From contig JBBDYC010000005.1 of NCBI GenBank assembly GCA_040901985.1, positions 56,423 to 120,422 on the forward strand: a DNA stretch of 64,000 bases. Direction: 5' to 3'. The stretch's first letter is position 1, and the number at the start of each line of letters is the position of its first letter. This DNA is from Gemmatimonadaceae bacterium (lineage in GTDB: Bacteria > Gemmatimonadota > Gemmatimonadetes > Gemmatimonadales > Gemmatimonadaceae). A model generated the notes under the pieces. It did not search any database. It was not told the origin of the DNA and was given only the letters and a program-made list of their open reading frames with translations. Shown here piece after piece: positions 10,794-20,065 of the stretch. A program made the position numbers and the translations under genes.

Positions 10794-11619
10794 GCGACCG
10801 CCGCGGGACGCCGGTGAGTGCGCCCACCGCCGCCCCGCCGTCCGATGCCGCCGAGAGGATCGACCCCACCAGGACCGCGTCGGCACCGAGCGCGGCGGCG
10901 CGGCGGACGTCGTCGGCATTCTGGACGCCGCTCTCGTACACGGCAATCCGGTCGCCCGGCACGAGCGGAATGAGGCGCGCGCCCACCGCCAGATCCACCT
11001 GTAGCGTCTCGAGGTCGCGGTTGTTCACGCCGATCACCGCCCCGCGCACCGCCAGCGCCTCCGCCAGCTCGTGCTCGTTGCGCACCTCAATCAGCGCGTC
11101 GAGACCAAGCGCCGCCGCCGCGTCCGCCAGCGTGCGCAGGCGCGCCGGCGGGAGCGCCCGGGCGATCAGCAGCACGGCGGACGCGCCGTAGGCCCGCGCT
11201 TCGAGAAGCTGCACCTCGTCGCTCAGGAAGTCCTTGCGGAGCAGCGGGACGTCCTCGGCGACCGCCGCGCGCGCATCGCGCAGGTCGCCCAGCGACCCGG
11301 CGAATCGCGAGGGCTCGGTGAGAATCGAGAGCGCCGCCGCGCCGGCGGCCGCGTACTCGGCGCTCCGGCGCCCGGCGTCGAGCGTCGCGTCGAGCACGCC
11401 CTTGCTCGGCGAACTCCGCTTGAGCTCGGCGATCACGGCGACCGTCCGTCCCGCCAGGGCGGCGCGGAACGACGGTGCCGCGCCCAGTGACGAGACGATC
11501 ACCTCGAGTTCACGCCGGGCGAGCGCACTTTCGCGCGCCCGCACCGCCGACTGCGCGATGAGCTCCCCGAGCGGACCCGTCGGGGCCATCCAACTCCGAC
11601 TCACTTGTGCTTCGGGCAA
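10786..11619 (-). CDS. trpC: Indole-3-glycerol phosphate synthase
   Basis: IAELKRSSPSKG, LLRKDF, IGVNNRDL and ESG. Start is uncertain (TTG 11619, GTG 11604 or ATG 11589). Confidence 0.95.
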   Translation of the reverse strand: MPEAQVSRSWMAPTGPLGELIAQSAVRARESALARRELEVIVSSLGAAPSFRAALAGRTVAVIAELKRSSPSKGVLDATLDAGRRSAEYAAAGAAALSILTEPSRFAGSLGDLRDARAAVAEDVPLLRKDFLSDEVQLLEARAYGASAVLLIARALPPARLRTLADAAAALGLDALIEVRNEHELAEALAVRGAVIGVNNRDLETLQVDLAVGARLIPLVPGDRIAVYESGVQNADDVRRAAALGADAVLVGSILSAASDGGAAVGALTGVPRRSRG

Positions 11620-11652
11620 TGTTCGGCTACCGTTACTTCGGGGGGTGTTCGG
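11610..11652. promoter_or_regulatory. Candidate LexA operator: two copies of CTTCGGGnnnTGTTCGG
   Basis: CTTCGGGCAATGTTCGG (11610-11626) and CTTCGGGGGGTGTTCGG (11636-11652), each a (C/G)TTC-N7-GTTC direct repeat, directly upstream of lexA. Confidence 0.55.
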
Positions 11653-11718
11653 GCGTCAATCCGGGCGCGACCCCAATCGGTCGCCAGTGCAGTCATCACT
11701 CACGCCGGGGCGCACGCG

Positions 11719-12327
11719 ATGCCGCTCACCAAGGTCCAGCGCAAGATTCTCGACTATCTCCAGAGCTACACGTCGGAGCACGGATACGCGCCGAGCTTCG
11801 AGGAGATCGCCGCCGCGTTCAACTATAACTCGCTCGCCACGGTCCACGAGCACCTGAGCAATCTCGACCGCAAGGGCTACATCCGGAAATCGTTCAACGA
11901 GAGTCGGGCAATCGAGATCCTGCCGAGCGAGGTGTTTGCCAAGGCGATCGAACTTCCCATTCGCGGCACCGTCGCCGCCGGGGCGCCGATCGAGGCGTTC
12001 GAGTCGAGCGAGACGATCGCCGTGCCGGACGCCTTCGTGCGCCGCGCCGGCGACCATTACGTGCTGCGCGTGCGCGGCGACTCGATGATTGACGACCAGA
12101 TCAGCGACGGCGACTACGTCGTCGTGCACGATCGCCCCACCGCGGACAACGGCGAGATGGTCATCGCGATGCTCGAGGATTCCGGCGCCACGGTGAAGCG
12201 CTTCTTCCGGGAGCGGGACGGGCGCATCCGCCTCCAGCCCGCCAACGCGGCGATGTCGCCCATCTATATCAACCAGGACCAGGTGCGGGTTGAGGGAATC
12301 GTCGTCGGCGTGATGCGGCGGTACTGA
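11719..12327 (+). CDS. lexA: SOS transcriptional repressor LexA
   Basis: N-terminal wHTH (GYAPSFEEIA), Ala-Gly cleavage site VAAGAP, catalytic Ser (GDSM) and Lys (TVKRF). Confidence 0.96.
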   Translation: MPLTKVQRKILDYLQSYTSEHGYAPSFEEIAAAFNYNSLATVHEHLSNLDRKGYIRKSFNESRAIEILPSEVFAKAIELPIRGTVAAGAPIEAFESSETIAVPDAFVRRAGDHYVLRVRGDSMIDDQISDGDYVVVHDRPTADNGEMVIAMLEDSGATVKRFFRERDGRIRLQPANAAMSPIYINQDQVRVEGIVVGVMRRY

Positions 12328-12334
12328 GGGCGTT

Positions 12335-13375
12335 TCAGCGTCGTGAGGCCGAGGCGCTCCGCAGCCGGCCGAGGGCGTCCCATCCGCGCCGTTCGTGCAG
12401 CGCCGTCCGCGCTGCGGCCACGCCGTCCCCGAGGGTCGCCGCCGCACCGCCGACGTAGAGCGCCGCCCCGGCATTGAGGACCACCGCCGCCTCGGCGCCC
12501 GGCGGCCCCTTGCCCAGCAACACCCGCTCGATGATCGTCGCGTTCTCGGCCGGTTCACCCCCGGCAAGGTCGCCGACGGAGAGGCCCGGCTCGACGCCGA
12601 GGTCGCGCAACTCGATCGTCCAGCGCGTGGTCGTGCCGCCACGAAGTTCAATCACGGTCGTCGGGCCGAGGGGCGAGATCTCGTCCATCCCCGGCGCGCC
12701 GTGGACGACGAGCGAATGGGTCGTCCCCAGCTCGGCGAGCGCGCCGGCAATCAGCTCGAGGCGCGCCGGGTCGGCGACGCCGATCACCTGGCGGCCGGCA
12801 GACGCCGGGTTCGCCAGCGGGCCAATCAGGTTCATCACGGTCTGGATGCCAAGTTCGCGGCGCACCGGACCGACGTGGCGCATGGCCGGGTGCATCGTCG
12901 GCGCGAACATGAAGACGATCCCGGCCTCATCGAGCACCTCGCGCATCCGGGCCACCGGCACGTCAATCGGTACGCCGAGCGCCTCGAGCACGTCGGCGCT
13001 CCCGGACTTCGACGTGAAGGAGCGGTTGCCGTGCTTGGCGACCCGGACGCCGGCGCCGGCGGCAAGGAGCGCGGCGGCGGTGGACACGTTGAAGGTCCCG
13101 ATCGCGCCCCCGCCGGTGCCGCAGGTATCCACCAGTTGGCCCGCGTCCGGGGCATCCAGCCGCGTCATCGCCTCGCGCAGCGCACGTGCGGCGCCCGCCA
13201 CCTCGCTTGGCTGTTCGCCCCGCACACGCAGCCCCATCAGGAGGGCGGCCATCTGCGCCGGCGTCCCCTCGCCGGTCATCACCGACCGAAACGCGTCGGC
13301 GGCGTCGGCCGCGTTCAGCGTTTCGCCCGCCGCGAGCCGCCGGAGGACCTGCGGCAGGGTGTTACCGCGCACCAA
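12335..13375 (-). CDS. trpD: Anthranilate phosphoribosyltransferase
   Basis: DTCGTGG, FNVST, AKHGNRS..SKSGSAD and GPLANPA. Confidence 0.96.
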   Translation of the reverse strand: MVRGNTLPQVLRRLAAGETLNAADAADAFRSVMTGEGTPAQMAALLMGLRVRGEQPSEVAGAARALREAMTRLDAPDAGQLVDTCGTGGGAIGTFNVSTAAALLAAGAGVRVAKHGNRSFTSKSGSADVLEALGVPIDVPVARMREVLDEAGIVFMFAPTMHPAMRHVGPVRRELGIQTVMNLIGPLANPASAGRQVIGVADPARLELIAGALAELGTTHSLVVHGAPGMDEISPLGPTTVIELRGGTTTRWTIELRDLGVEPGLSVGDLAGGEPAENATIIERVLLGKGPPGAEAAVVLNAGAALYVGGAAATLGDGVAAARTALHERRGWDALGRLRSASASRR

Positions 13376-14663
13376 AGCTCCGGTGGAGACGTTCCCCGAG
13401 CCGCGCCTCCGACGCGATCAGCGCGATCACGAGGCCAAGCAACCGGACGCGCTCGACATCCTCCTCGACGAAGAGTCCGCGTTGCGCGCGATTGGTCAGG
13501 TTCACGACGCCGATCAGCGTGTCGTGGAGGACGAGCGGGAACGAGATGAAGGAGCCGCTGGTGAGGTACTCGTCGCCCAGCAGGGGCTGGGCACTCGCGT
13601 CGCTGACGTCCACCACGAGCACCGGCGCCCGGTCCCGGGCGACGCGTCCGGCAATCCCTTCGCCGAGCGCGATGGTGCGCCCGAGTTGCACGTGCGGCGC
13701 GAGCCCGCGCGCGGCGGCGAGGTAGAGCGTGCCGGACTCGGGGGCGGTGAGGAAGATGGAACAGCGGAACGCCTGCATATCGTCGCCGACGAGCGAGAGC
13801 AGGCCGTCCACCAGCGCGGTGGCGTCCTGGGTGCGGGCGGCGAGGTCGAGCACCTGGTCGAGCAGGTAGAGCGTTCGCGTCCGCTGGCGGAGCGCCTCGC
13901 TGCGCCGGTGCAACTCGATGTGCGCCTGTTCGAGTTGACCGATGGACGCGGTCAGCTGCTGCTCCAACACGGTCAGCCGCCGCTCCATCCGGCGGGCCTC
14001 CTCGGCCCGCTTGGCCTCGTCGCGCTCCCGGGCCAGCCGCGCCGCCGGCCCTTCCGCCGGCATCTCGCCAGTGTGCACCGCCAACTGCTCCTCGAGCTCG
14101 CCCAGCCGCTGGGCGTAGTCGGCGTGGACGCGCTGCGTCACGGCTTCCAACGTGGTGACCGCCTCGCGTCGGGCATCAAGCTCGGCAAACCGGAGCAGCG
14201 CCAGCTCGAAGAGTGCCACGAGCGGACCGAGCCGCTCGGTGATCCGGGTCCCGAACACGCGCTTGGGCTCGGTCGCCGCGAGGATGGCGACGAGCTGACG
14301 GTCGGCGCGGAGGCCACGGAAGAGAAGCACGTCGCCCGGTTCCGGCTCGCCCAGCCGGAGCAGGCGTGCGTAGGCCCCCTGCTCCTCGGTGAGTTCGGCG
14401 AAGGTGCCGCCTTCCTGCACCGCGCGAAGGACAGCGGCCGGCAACTGCTCGACCGAGGTCTCCAACGGCACCCGCTCGACACGGCCGCCCACGACCCGCA
14501 GGCGCTCGCGCATCAGCGCCGTGCGCGGATCCACGCGCAGCAGCGCGAGTCCCGCATCACGGTCCGATTCGGCGAGCGCCTCGGCGAGCCGGACGAACGC
14601 GTCGTCGAGGTCTGACGCCGCCCCGAGGGCGTGCGCGAGCGATGGGAGCGTACGAGCCAGCAT
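13362..14663 (-). CDS. GAF-domain protein (GAF-like, coiled coil, GAF) with no recognisable output domain
   Basis: C-terminal GAF (GEGIAGRVA...SFISFPL...IGVVNL) and a central heptad-rich region. ATG at 14663. Confidence 0.75.
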   Translation of the reverse strand: MLARTLPSLAHALGAASDLDDAFVRLAEALAESDRDAGLALLRVDPRTALMRERLRVVGGRVERVPLETSVEQLPAAVLRAVQEGGTFAELTEEQGAYARLLRLGEPEPGDVLLFRGLRADRQLVAILAATEPKRVFGTRITERLGPLVALFELALLRFAELDARREAVTTLEAVTQRVHADYAQRLGELEEQLAVHTGEMPAEGPAARLARERDEAKRAEEARRMERRLTVLEQQLTASIGQLEQAHIELHRRSEALRQRTRTLYLLDQVLDLAARTQDATALVDGLLSLVGDDMQAFRCSIFLTAPESGTLYLAAARGLAPHVQLGRTIALGEGIAGRVARDRAPVLVVDVSDASAQPLLGDEYLTSGSFISFPLVLHDTLIGVVNLTNRAQRGLFVEEDVERVRLLGLVIALIASEARLGERLHRSFGAR

Positions 14664-14774
14664 CTTGGGGCCACGGGACGGCGCACGCGGCGGTCGCGCG
14701 CACGGAGCGGGAAGGTTGCCGAGCGGCAGAGATGGTGTCAATCGCGCGCCGCCAATCGAGATGCCCTCGGTTCC

Positions 14775-14803
14775 TTGAAGTCGCCTCTACGGACGGGTAT
14801 TTT
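14775..14803 (+). promoter_or_regulatory. sigma70-type promoter of truA, probably leaderless
   Basis: TTGAAG-N17-TATTTT, 7 nt before ATG 14811. Confidence 0.5.
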
Positions 14804-14810
14804 CCCCTTG

Positions 14811-15605
14811 ATGGCGGACCGCACACTCCAGCTGGTTCTGCACTACGACGGCACGGCGTTCGCCGGCTGGCAGATCCAACCGGAGCAGCGGACCGTCCAA
14901 GGGGTCCTTGAGACGGCGATGGGTGGGCTGCTGGGCACCGGGATTCGGGTCACCGGCGCGGGGCGGACGGATGCCGGGGTGCACGCCAGGGGGCAGGTCG
15001 CCGGCGTGACCGTGCCGGATCATTGGACGCCAGAAAAGTTGCGGAAGGTCTTGAACGAGAAGCTCCCGGACGACCTGTGGGTGGCGCAGGCGCATGCGAT
15101 GCAGCCGGCGTTCCACGCCCGGTACAGCGCGACCGGTCGGCGGTACAGCTACACGGTGGGACTCGACACGGAGGCGGCGTCGCCATTCCGGCGGCGCTGG
15201 GCCCTCCCGTGGGACCGGGCCCTCGACCGTGGCGTGCTCGACTGGTGTGCGTCGCGGCTGGAGGGTCGGCACGTATTCCGGGGATTCGCCGTGCGCGGGA
15301 CCGCGCCGGCCGACGACGAACACGTGTGTGAGATTCGCTCGGCCGCCTGGCGTTCCCGCCCGGGAGATGGCACGGTCGAGGTGGTGTTCGAGATCGCCGC
15401 CGACCGGTTCCTGCACCATATGGTGCGGTTCCTCGTCGGGACGATGCTGCACGCCGCGGGCGGGGGACGGCCGAAGGAGGATTTCACCGCCCTGCTCGAG
15501 GCAAAGACGAACGACGAGGTCTCCCCGCCGGCGCCGGCGGCCGGGTTGTGCCTCGAGGAAGTGCGCTACCCTGCCGAACTGTATCTCGCTCCCCCCGCCC
15601 CCTGA
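14811..15605 (+). CDS. truA: tRNA pseudouridine(38-40) synthase
   Basis: YDGTAFAGWQ, GAGRTDAGVHA, FHARYSA and FLHHMVR. Confidence 0.96.
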   Translation: MADRTLQLVLHYDGTAFAGWQIQPEQRTVQGVLETAMGGLLGTGIRVTGAGRTDAGVHARGQVAGVTVPDHWTPEKLRKVLNEKLPDDLWVAQAHAMQPAFHARYSATGRRYSYTVGLDTEAASPFRRRWALPWDRALDRGVLDWCASRLEGRHVFRGFAVRGTAPADDEHVCEIRSAAWRSRPGDGTVEVVFEIAADRFLHHMVRFLVGTMLHAAGGGRPKEDFTALLEAKTNDEVSPPAPAAGLCLEEVRYPAELYLAPPAP

Positions 15606-15613
15606 CCCGAGTG

Positions 15614-16279
15614 ATGCGCCTCTACCTCGCGACCGTCGCTGCCGATGATATCCGCTGGGCCACGGCGGCCGGATTGATTGACGGCATCGTCGCGACGCCG
15701 GCAGTGCTCGCCGCCGAGCTGCCGCACGCCGATCCGCGCGAGGTGCTCGGCGAACTCGCCGAGCGGACCACGCTCCCGATCTTCGCCAGCGTCGGCTCGC
15801 TCGACCCGGCCGAGATCGTGCGCGGCGCCAAGGCGCTTCGGAAGAGCGTCGAGCACCTGATCGTCGCCATCCCGTTCGTCGAAGACACGCTCGGCGCCCT
15901 CCGCACGCTCAGCACCACCGGAGTCCGGTGCGCGGCAACGCTGGTGCATTCGGTGGCCCAGGGAATCCTCGCCGCCAAGGCGGGGGCCTCGCTCGTCGTC
16001 CTGCCGGTGGACGCGCTCGACACGGTCGGCGAGCGGACTGACCAGACGGTCGCCGACCTCCGCGCTGCACTCGACCGCTCGACGGTCGAATGCGACATCG
16101 TCGTCGCCGGCCCGGCGAACGCCGCCCGGTTCGGTGCGCTCGCGACGGCGGGCGCCGATGCCGCGGTCGTCACCACGCCGACGTTGCGCGCGTTCCTCCA
16201 GCATCCGCTCACCGACCGCGGGATCGACCGTTTCCTCGCCGACGTCAGCCGGCGCACCAAGCCACGGCGCGCCAGATGA
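15614..16279 (+). CDS. Transaldolase/fructose-6-phosphate aldolase family protein, catalytic residues degenerate
   Basis: Overall TAL/FSA pattern (GLIDG..TP, TLVHSVAQGILAAKAGA, HPLTDRGIDRFLAD), but IVAIP replaces the usual VVKIP. Confidence 0.75.
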   Translation: MRLYLATVAADDIRWATAAGLIDGIVATPAVLAAELPHADPREVLGELAERTTLPIFASVGSLDPAEIVRGAKALRKSVEHLIVAIPFVEDTLGALRTLSTTGVRCAATLVHSVAQGILAAKAGASLVVLPVDALDTVGERTDQTVADLRAALDRSTVECDIVVAGPANAARFGALATAGADAAVVTTPTLRAFLQHPLTDRGIDRFLADVSRRTKPRRAR

Positions 16280-17706
16280 CGACCGCCGTGATCCGGACCC
16301 TCCGCCGCACCGGCGCGATCGCCCTCGCGATCTTCGCCGCGTGCGATGGGGCGAACCCCCGGACGTCAATCGCCCAGGGGTCGCCGAGCGCCCTGCCCAC
16401 CCTCGACGCGTCGGCGCCGGCCATCAACGCCTCCCGGCGCACCGCAATCACCGAGGCGGTGGCGCGCGTCTCGCCGGCGGTCGTGACGGTGCAGACCGAA
16501 CGGGTCCAGCGCGCCGCGGCGACGCCGTTTGACCTCTTCTTCGGCGCGCGCTCCGGCGAACAGGTCGCCGCCGGGATTGGGTCCGGTTTCATCGTCCGGG
16601 ACGACGGCATCATCGTCACCAACGCGCACGTGGTCGCCGGCGCCAGCCGCGTCTCGGTGGCGCTGCAGGACGGGACGACCTTCCCGGCCATCGTCGTCGG
16701 CGAGGACGAGCTCAACGACCTCGCCGTGCTCCGGATTGACGCCAGCGGGCTCCCCACGGCGCCCCTCGGCACGTCCCGGGGGATGTTGATCGGCGAGTGG
16801 GTCGTCGCAATCGGGAATCCCTACGGGTTCCTCCTCGGCAACCCCGAACCGAGCGTCACCGCCGGTGTCGTGAGCGGCGTCGGGCGTAACCTCACCGGGC
16901 GCGGCGACGGGCCGGGCGTGTACGTGGATATGATCCAGACCGATGCGTCCATCAACCCCGGCAACTCGGGCGGCCCGCTGATCAACGCGGCGGGCGAGGT
17001 GATCGGCGTCAACAGCTCCATCTACTCGCCGTCCGGTGGCTCGGTCGGCCTCGGCTTCGCCATCCCCATTGACCGTGCGCGTCGGGTGGCGGACGACCTC
17101 CTGGCACACGGCAGCGTGCGGCGTCCGTGGATCGGCGTGAAGGTCCAGCAGTCCGGCTCGACGGCGTCCCGCGGCACCCTGAACGCCGGCGCGACGATCG
17201 AGCAGGTGGTCCCCGGCAGTCCGGCCGCCGACGCCGGCCTGCGCACCGGCGACGTGATCACGCAATCGCGGGACCGCCAGATCCGGAATCCCTACGACTG
17301 GGAGGCCGAGCTGCTCGAACTGCGCGTCGGCGAGCGCGCCGAACTGACCGTACGGCGTGGAGGCCGCAGCGAGCGGGTCACGGTGCGGGTGGACGACCTG
17401 CCGGAGGTGAGCGCCGAGAAGGTGGCGGTGCTGCGCGAGCTCGAGCTGGTCTCCCTCTCCGCCGCAATCCGCGTCGAGCGCAGCGTCCGCTCGTCGCAGG
17501 GCGCGGTGGTGTACCGCGTCACCGACCGCGTCTCGCAGGACTTGGGGATCCGCGCCGGGGACGTCATCATCCAGGTGAATCGCACGCCGGTGACCGACGC
17601 GCAACAGGCCGCGCGCGTGCTCGAGTACTACATCGGCCGCGGACCCATCCGGATGTACTTCGAGCGCAATGGCGCGATCTTCTCGACCGACTTCCGCATC
17701 CGATGA
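16276..17706 (+). CDS. HtrA/DegP-type serine protease with two PDZ domains, possible lipoprotein
   Basis: GSGFIV, TNAHVV, DLAVL and INPGNSGGPL. Signal peptide ends in FAAC. Confidence 0.92.
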   Translation: MTTAVIRTLRRTGAIALAIFAACDGANPRTSIAQGSPSALPTLDASAPAINASRRTAITEAVARVSPAVVTVQTERVQRAAATPFDLFFGARSGEQVAAGIGSGFIVRDDGIIVTNAHVVAGASRVSVALQDGTTFPAIVVGEDELNDLAVLRIDASGLPTAPLGTSRGMLIGEWVVAIGNPYGFLLGNPEPSVTAGVVSGVGRNLTGRGDGPGVYVDMIQTDASINPGNSGGPLINAAGEVIGVNSSIYSPSGGSVGLGFAIPIDRARRVADDLLAHGSVRRPWIGVKVQQSGSTASRGTLNAGATIEQVVPGSPAADAGLRTGDVITQSRDRQIRNPYDWEAELLELRVGERAELTVRRGGRSERVTVRVDDLPEVSAEKVAVLRELELVSLSAAIRVERSVRSSQGAVVYRVTDRVSQDLGIRAGDVIIQVNRTPVTDAQQAARVLEYYIGRGPIRMYFERNGAIFSTDFRIR

Positions 17707-19136
17707 GCCACGCCTCCTATCGCTCGCCGCTCGCCGACCGCTACGCCTCGCCGGCCATGCTGGAGCTGTTCAGCCCGCAGACGCGGCACGGCCTCTGGCG
17801 ACGGCTCTGGCTCGCACTCGCCGAGGCAGAGCGCGACCTCGGGGTGGCGATCCCGGCCGCCGCGATCGAGGAGATGCGCGCGCACCTCGACGACATCGAC
17901 TTCGCCGCGGTGGCGGCGTACGAACGGCGCTTCCGCCACGACGTGATGGCGCATATCCACGCCTTCGGCGACGTCGCCCCGGCGGCCAAGGGCATCATCC
18001 ACCTTGGCGCCACCAGCTGTTACGTCACCGACAACGGCGACCTCGTCCAGATGCGGCGGGGCCTCGAACTCCTGCGCGCCCGCGTCGTGTCGCTGCTCCG
18101 CACGCTCAGCGGCTTCGCCGGCACCTGGCGCGCCGAGCCGACGCTCGGCTATACGCACCTGCAGGCAGCGCAACTCACGACCGTCGGCAAGCGGGCGACG
18201 CTCTGGATGCAGGATCTCGTGCTCGACCTTGCCGACCTCGATCACCGGATGGCGACGCTGCCCCTCCGCGGCGTGAAGGGGACCACGGGCACGCAGGCGA
18301 GCTTCCTCGAGCTCCTCGGCGGCGACCACGCCAAGGTGCGCGAGCTGGACCGCAAGGTCTGCCAGGCGATGGGATTCCCCGGCTCCATCCCCGTCAGCGG
18401 CCAGACGTACTCGCGCAAGCTCGACGCGCACGTCCTCGACGTGGTGGGCGGGATCGCCGCGAGCGCCGCCAAGTTCGCGTCGGACCTCCGGATGCTGCAG
18501 GCGTTCGGCGAGATCGAGGAACCCTTCGAGGCGGACCAGGTCGGCTCGTCGGCAATGGCGTACAAGCGGAATCCGATGCGCGCCGAGCGCATCAATTCGC
18601 TGGCCCGATTCGTCCACGCGCTGACCGGCACCACCAACGCGACGCACGCCGTGCAGTACTTCGAGCGGACGCTCGACGACTCGGCGGTGCGGCGGCTGGC
18701 GATCCCGGAGGCGTTTCTCGCCACCGACGCGATCCTGATCCTGATGGAGAACATCGCGGCGGGACTTGAGGTGCATCCGGCGCGGATCCGGGCCCGGATG
18801 GCCGAGGAGCTGCCCTTCATGGCGACCGAGGCACTGCTCGTGCGCGCGGTCCAGGCGGGCGCCGACCGGCAGGCGGTCCACGAGGTGATCCGTCGGCACA
18901 GCATCGCCGCCGCCCGGGCGATGAAGGACACCGGCAAGGCGAACGACCTGCTCGAACGGCTGGCGGCGGACCGCGAGTTCCCGGTGACGGCCGCCGACCT
19001 CCGCGCCGCCACCGACCCCCTGCGCTTCGTCGGTCGCGCGCCGGAGCAGGTGGACGAGTTCCTCGCCGAGGTGATCGGCCCGATCCTCGTCGCCGCCGGC
19101 GAGTCCGGCCCGCCGCGCGAGGCGGTGCGCGTATGA
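17703..19136 (+). CDS. purB: Adenylosuccinate lyase
   Basis: RHDVMAH, HLGATS and [11 protein letters not shown] signature. Confidence 0.96.
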   Translation: MSHASYRSPLADRYASPAMLELFSPQTRHGLWRRLWLALAEAERDLGVAIPAAAIEEMRAHLDDIDFAAVAAYERRFRHDVMAHIHAFGDVAPAAKGIIHLGATSCYVTDNGDLVQMRRGLELLRARVVSLLRTLSGFAGTWRAEPTLGYTHLQAAQLTTVGKRATLWMQDLVLDLADLDHRMATLPLRGVKGTTGTQASFLELLGGDHAKVRELDRKVCQAMGFPGSIPVSGQTYSRKLDAHVLDVVGGIAASAAKFASDLRMLQAFGEIEEPFEADQVGSSAMAYKRNPMRAERINSLARFVHALTGTTNATHAVQYFERTLDDSAVRRLAIPEAFLATDAILILMENIAAGLEVHPARIRARMAEELPFMATEALLVRAVQAGADRQAVHEVIRRHSIAAARAMKDTGKANDLLERLAADREFPVTAADLRAATDPLRFVGRAPEQVDEFLAEVIGPILVAAGESGPPREAVRV

Positions 19137-20065
19137 CCTCGCTCCTCGTCGGACAGACGACGCTCCCCCTCCCCCTGCTGCGCCGCGGCAAGGTGCGCGA
19201 CGTCTACGAGGTGGATGAGGGTCACCTGCTGCTTGTCACGAGCGACCGCATCAGCGCCTTCGACGTCGTGATGCGCGAACTCGTGCCGTACAAGGGCGCC
19301 GTCCTGACCACGTTGACGGCGTGGTGGCTTCGGCAGTTCGAGGGGGAGGTTGCCCACCACCTCGTGACCTGCGACGTGGACGAGATCGTGCGGCGCGCGC
19401 CGGCGCTCGTCCTGCACCGCGACGAACTCGCCGGCCGCTCGATGCTTGCGGTGCGGACCACGGTGTTCCCGGTCGAGTGCGTGGTGCGCGGCTACCTCGC
19501 CGGCTCGGCGTGGAAGGAGTACCGCGCGAGCGGCACGCTGGCCGGCGAGCGACTGCCGGCGGGACTGCGCGAGAGCGCCCGCTTCGACGCACCGGTCTTC
19601 AGCCCGGCGACCAAGGCCGAGTCGGGACACGACGAAAACATCACGACCAAGGCGATGGCGCGGCTCGTCGGGGCGAAGGACGCCACGGCGCTCGAACGCC
19701 TCGCCCGGCTCGTGTACGGGCGCGGGCGCGACCTCGCCGCCGAGCGCGGGATCATCATCGCCGACACCAAGTTCGAGTTCGGGCGCACGGCGGACGGCCG
19801 CGTGCTCCTGATTGACGAGGTGCTGACGCCCGACAGCTCCCGCTTCTGGCCGGCCAGCGCGTACGCTGAGGGCAGCGCACCGCCGAGCTTCGACAAGCAA
19901 CCACTCCGCGACTGGCTGGATGCCGAGCGACGCGCCGGCCGCTGGGACGGCGACGCCCCGCCCCCGACCCTGCCCGGCGAGGTCGTCGTGGCGACCAGCC
20001 GGCGCTACCTCGAAGCCTTCGAGCGCCTCACCGGCGCCCCCCTCGACCTGACCCGACTCCCGTGA
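19133..20065 (+). CDS. purC: SAICAR synthetase
   Basis: [36 protein letters not shown] and FDKQ. Confidence 0.96.
   Translation: MTSLLVGQTTLPLPLLRRGKVRDVYEVDEGHLLLVTSDRISAFDVVMRELVPYKGAVLTTLTAWWLRQFEGEVAHHLVTCDVDEIVRRAPALVLHRDELAGRSMLAVRTTVFPVECVVRGYLAGSAWKEYRASGTLAGERLPAGLRESARFDAPVFSPATKAESGHDENITTKAMARLVGAKDATALERLARLVYGRGRDLAAERGIIIADTKFEFGRTADGRVLLIDEVLTPDSSRFWPASAYAEGSAPPSFDKQPLRDWLDAERRAGRWDGDAPPPTLPGEVVVATSRRYLEAFERLTGAPLDLTRLP

Noticed and set aside
14664..14810. trp attenuator or leader peptide
   Set aside because: No short Trp-codon-rich ORF, T-box or terminator/antiterminator was seen upstream of the GAF-trpD unit or of trpC.
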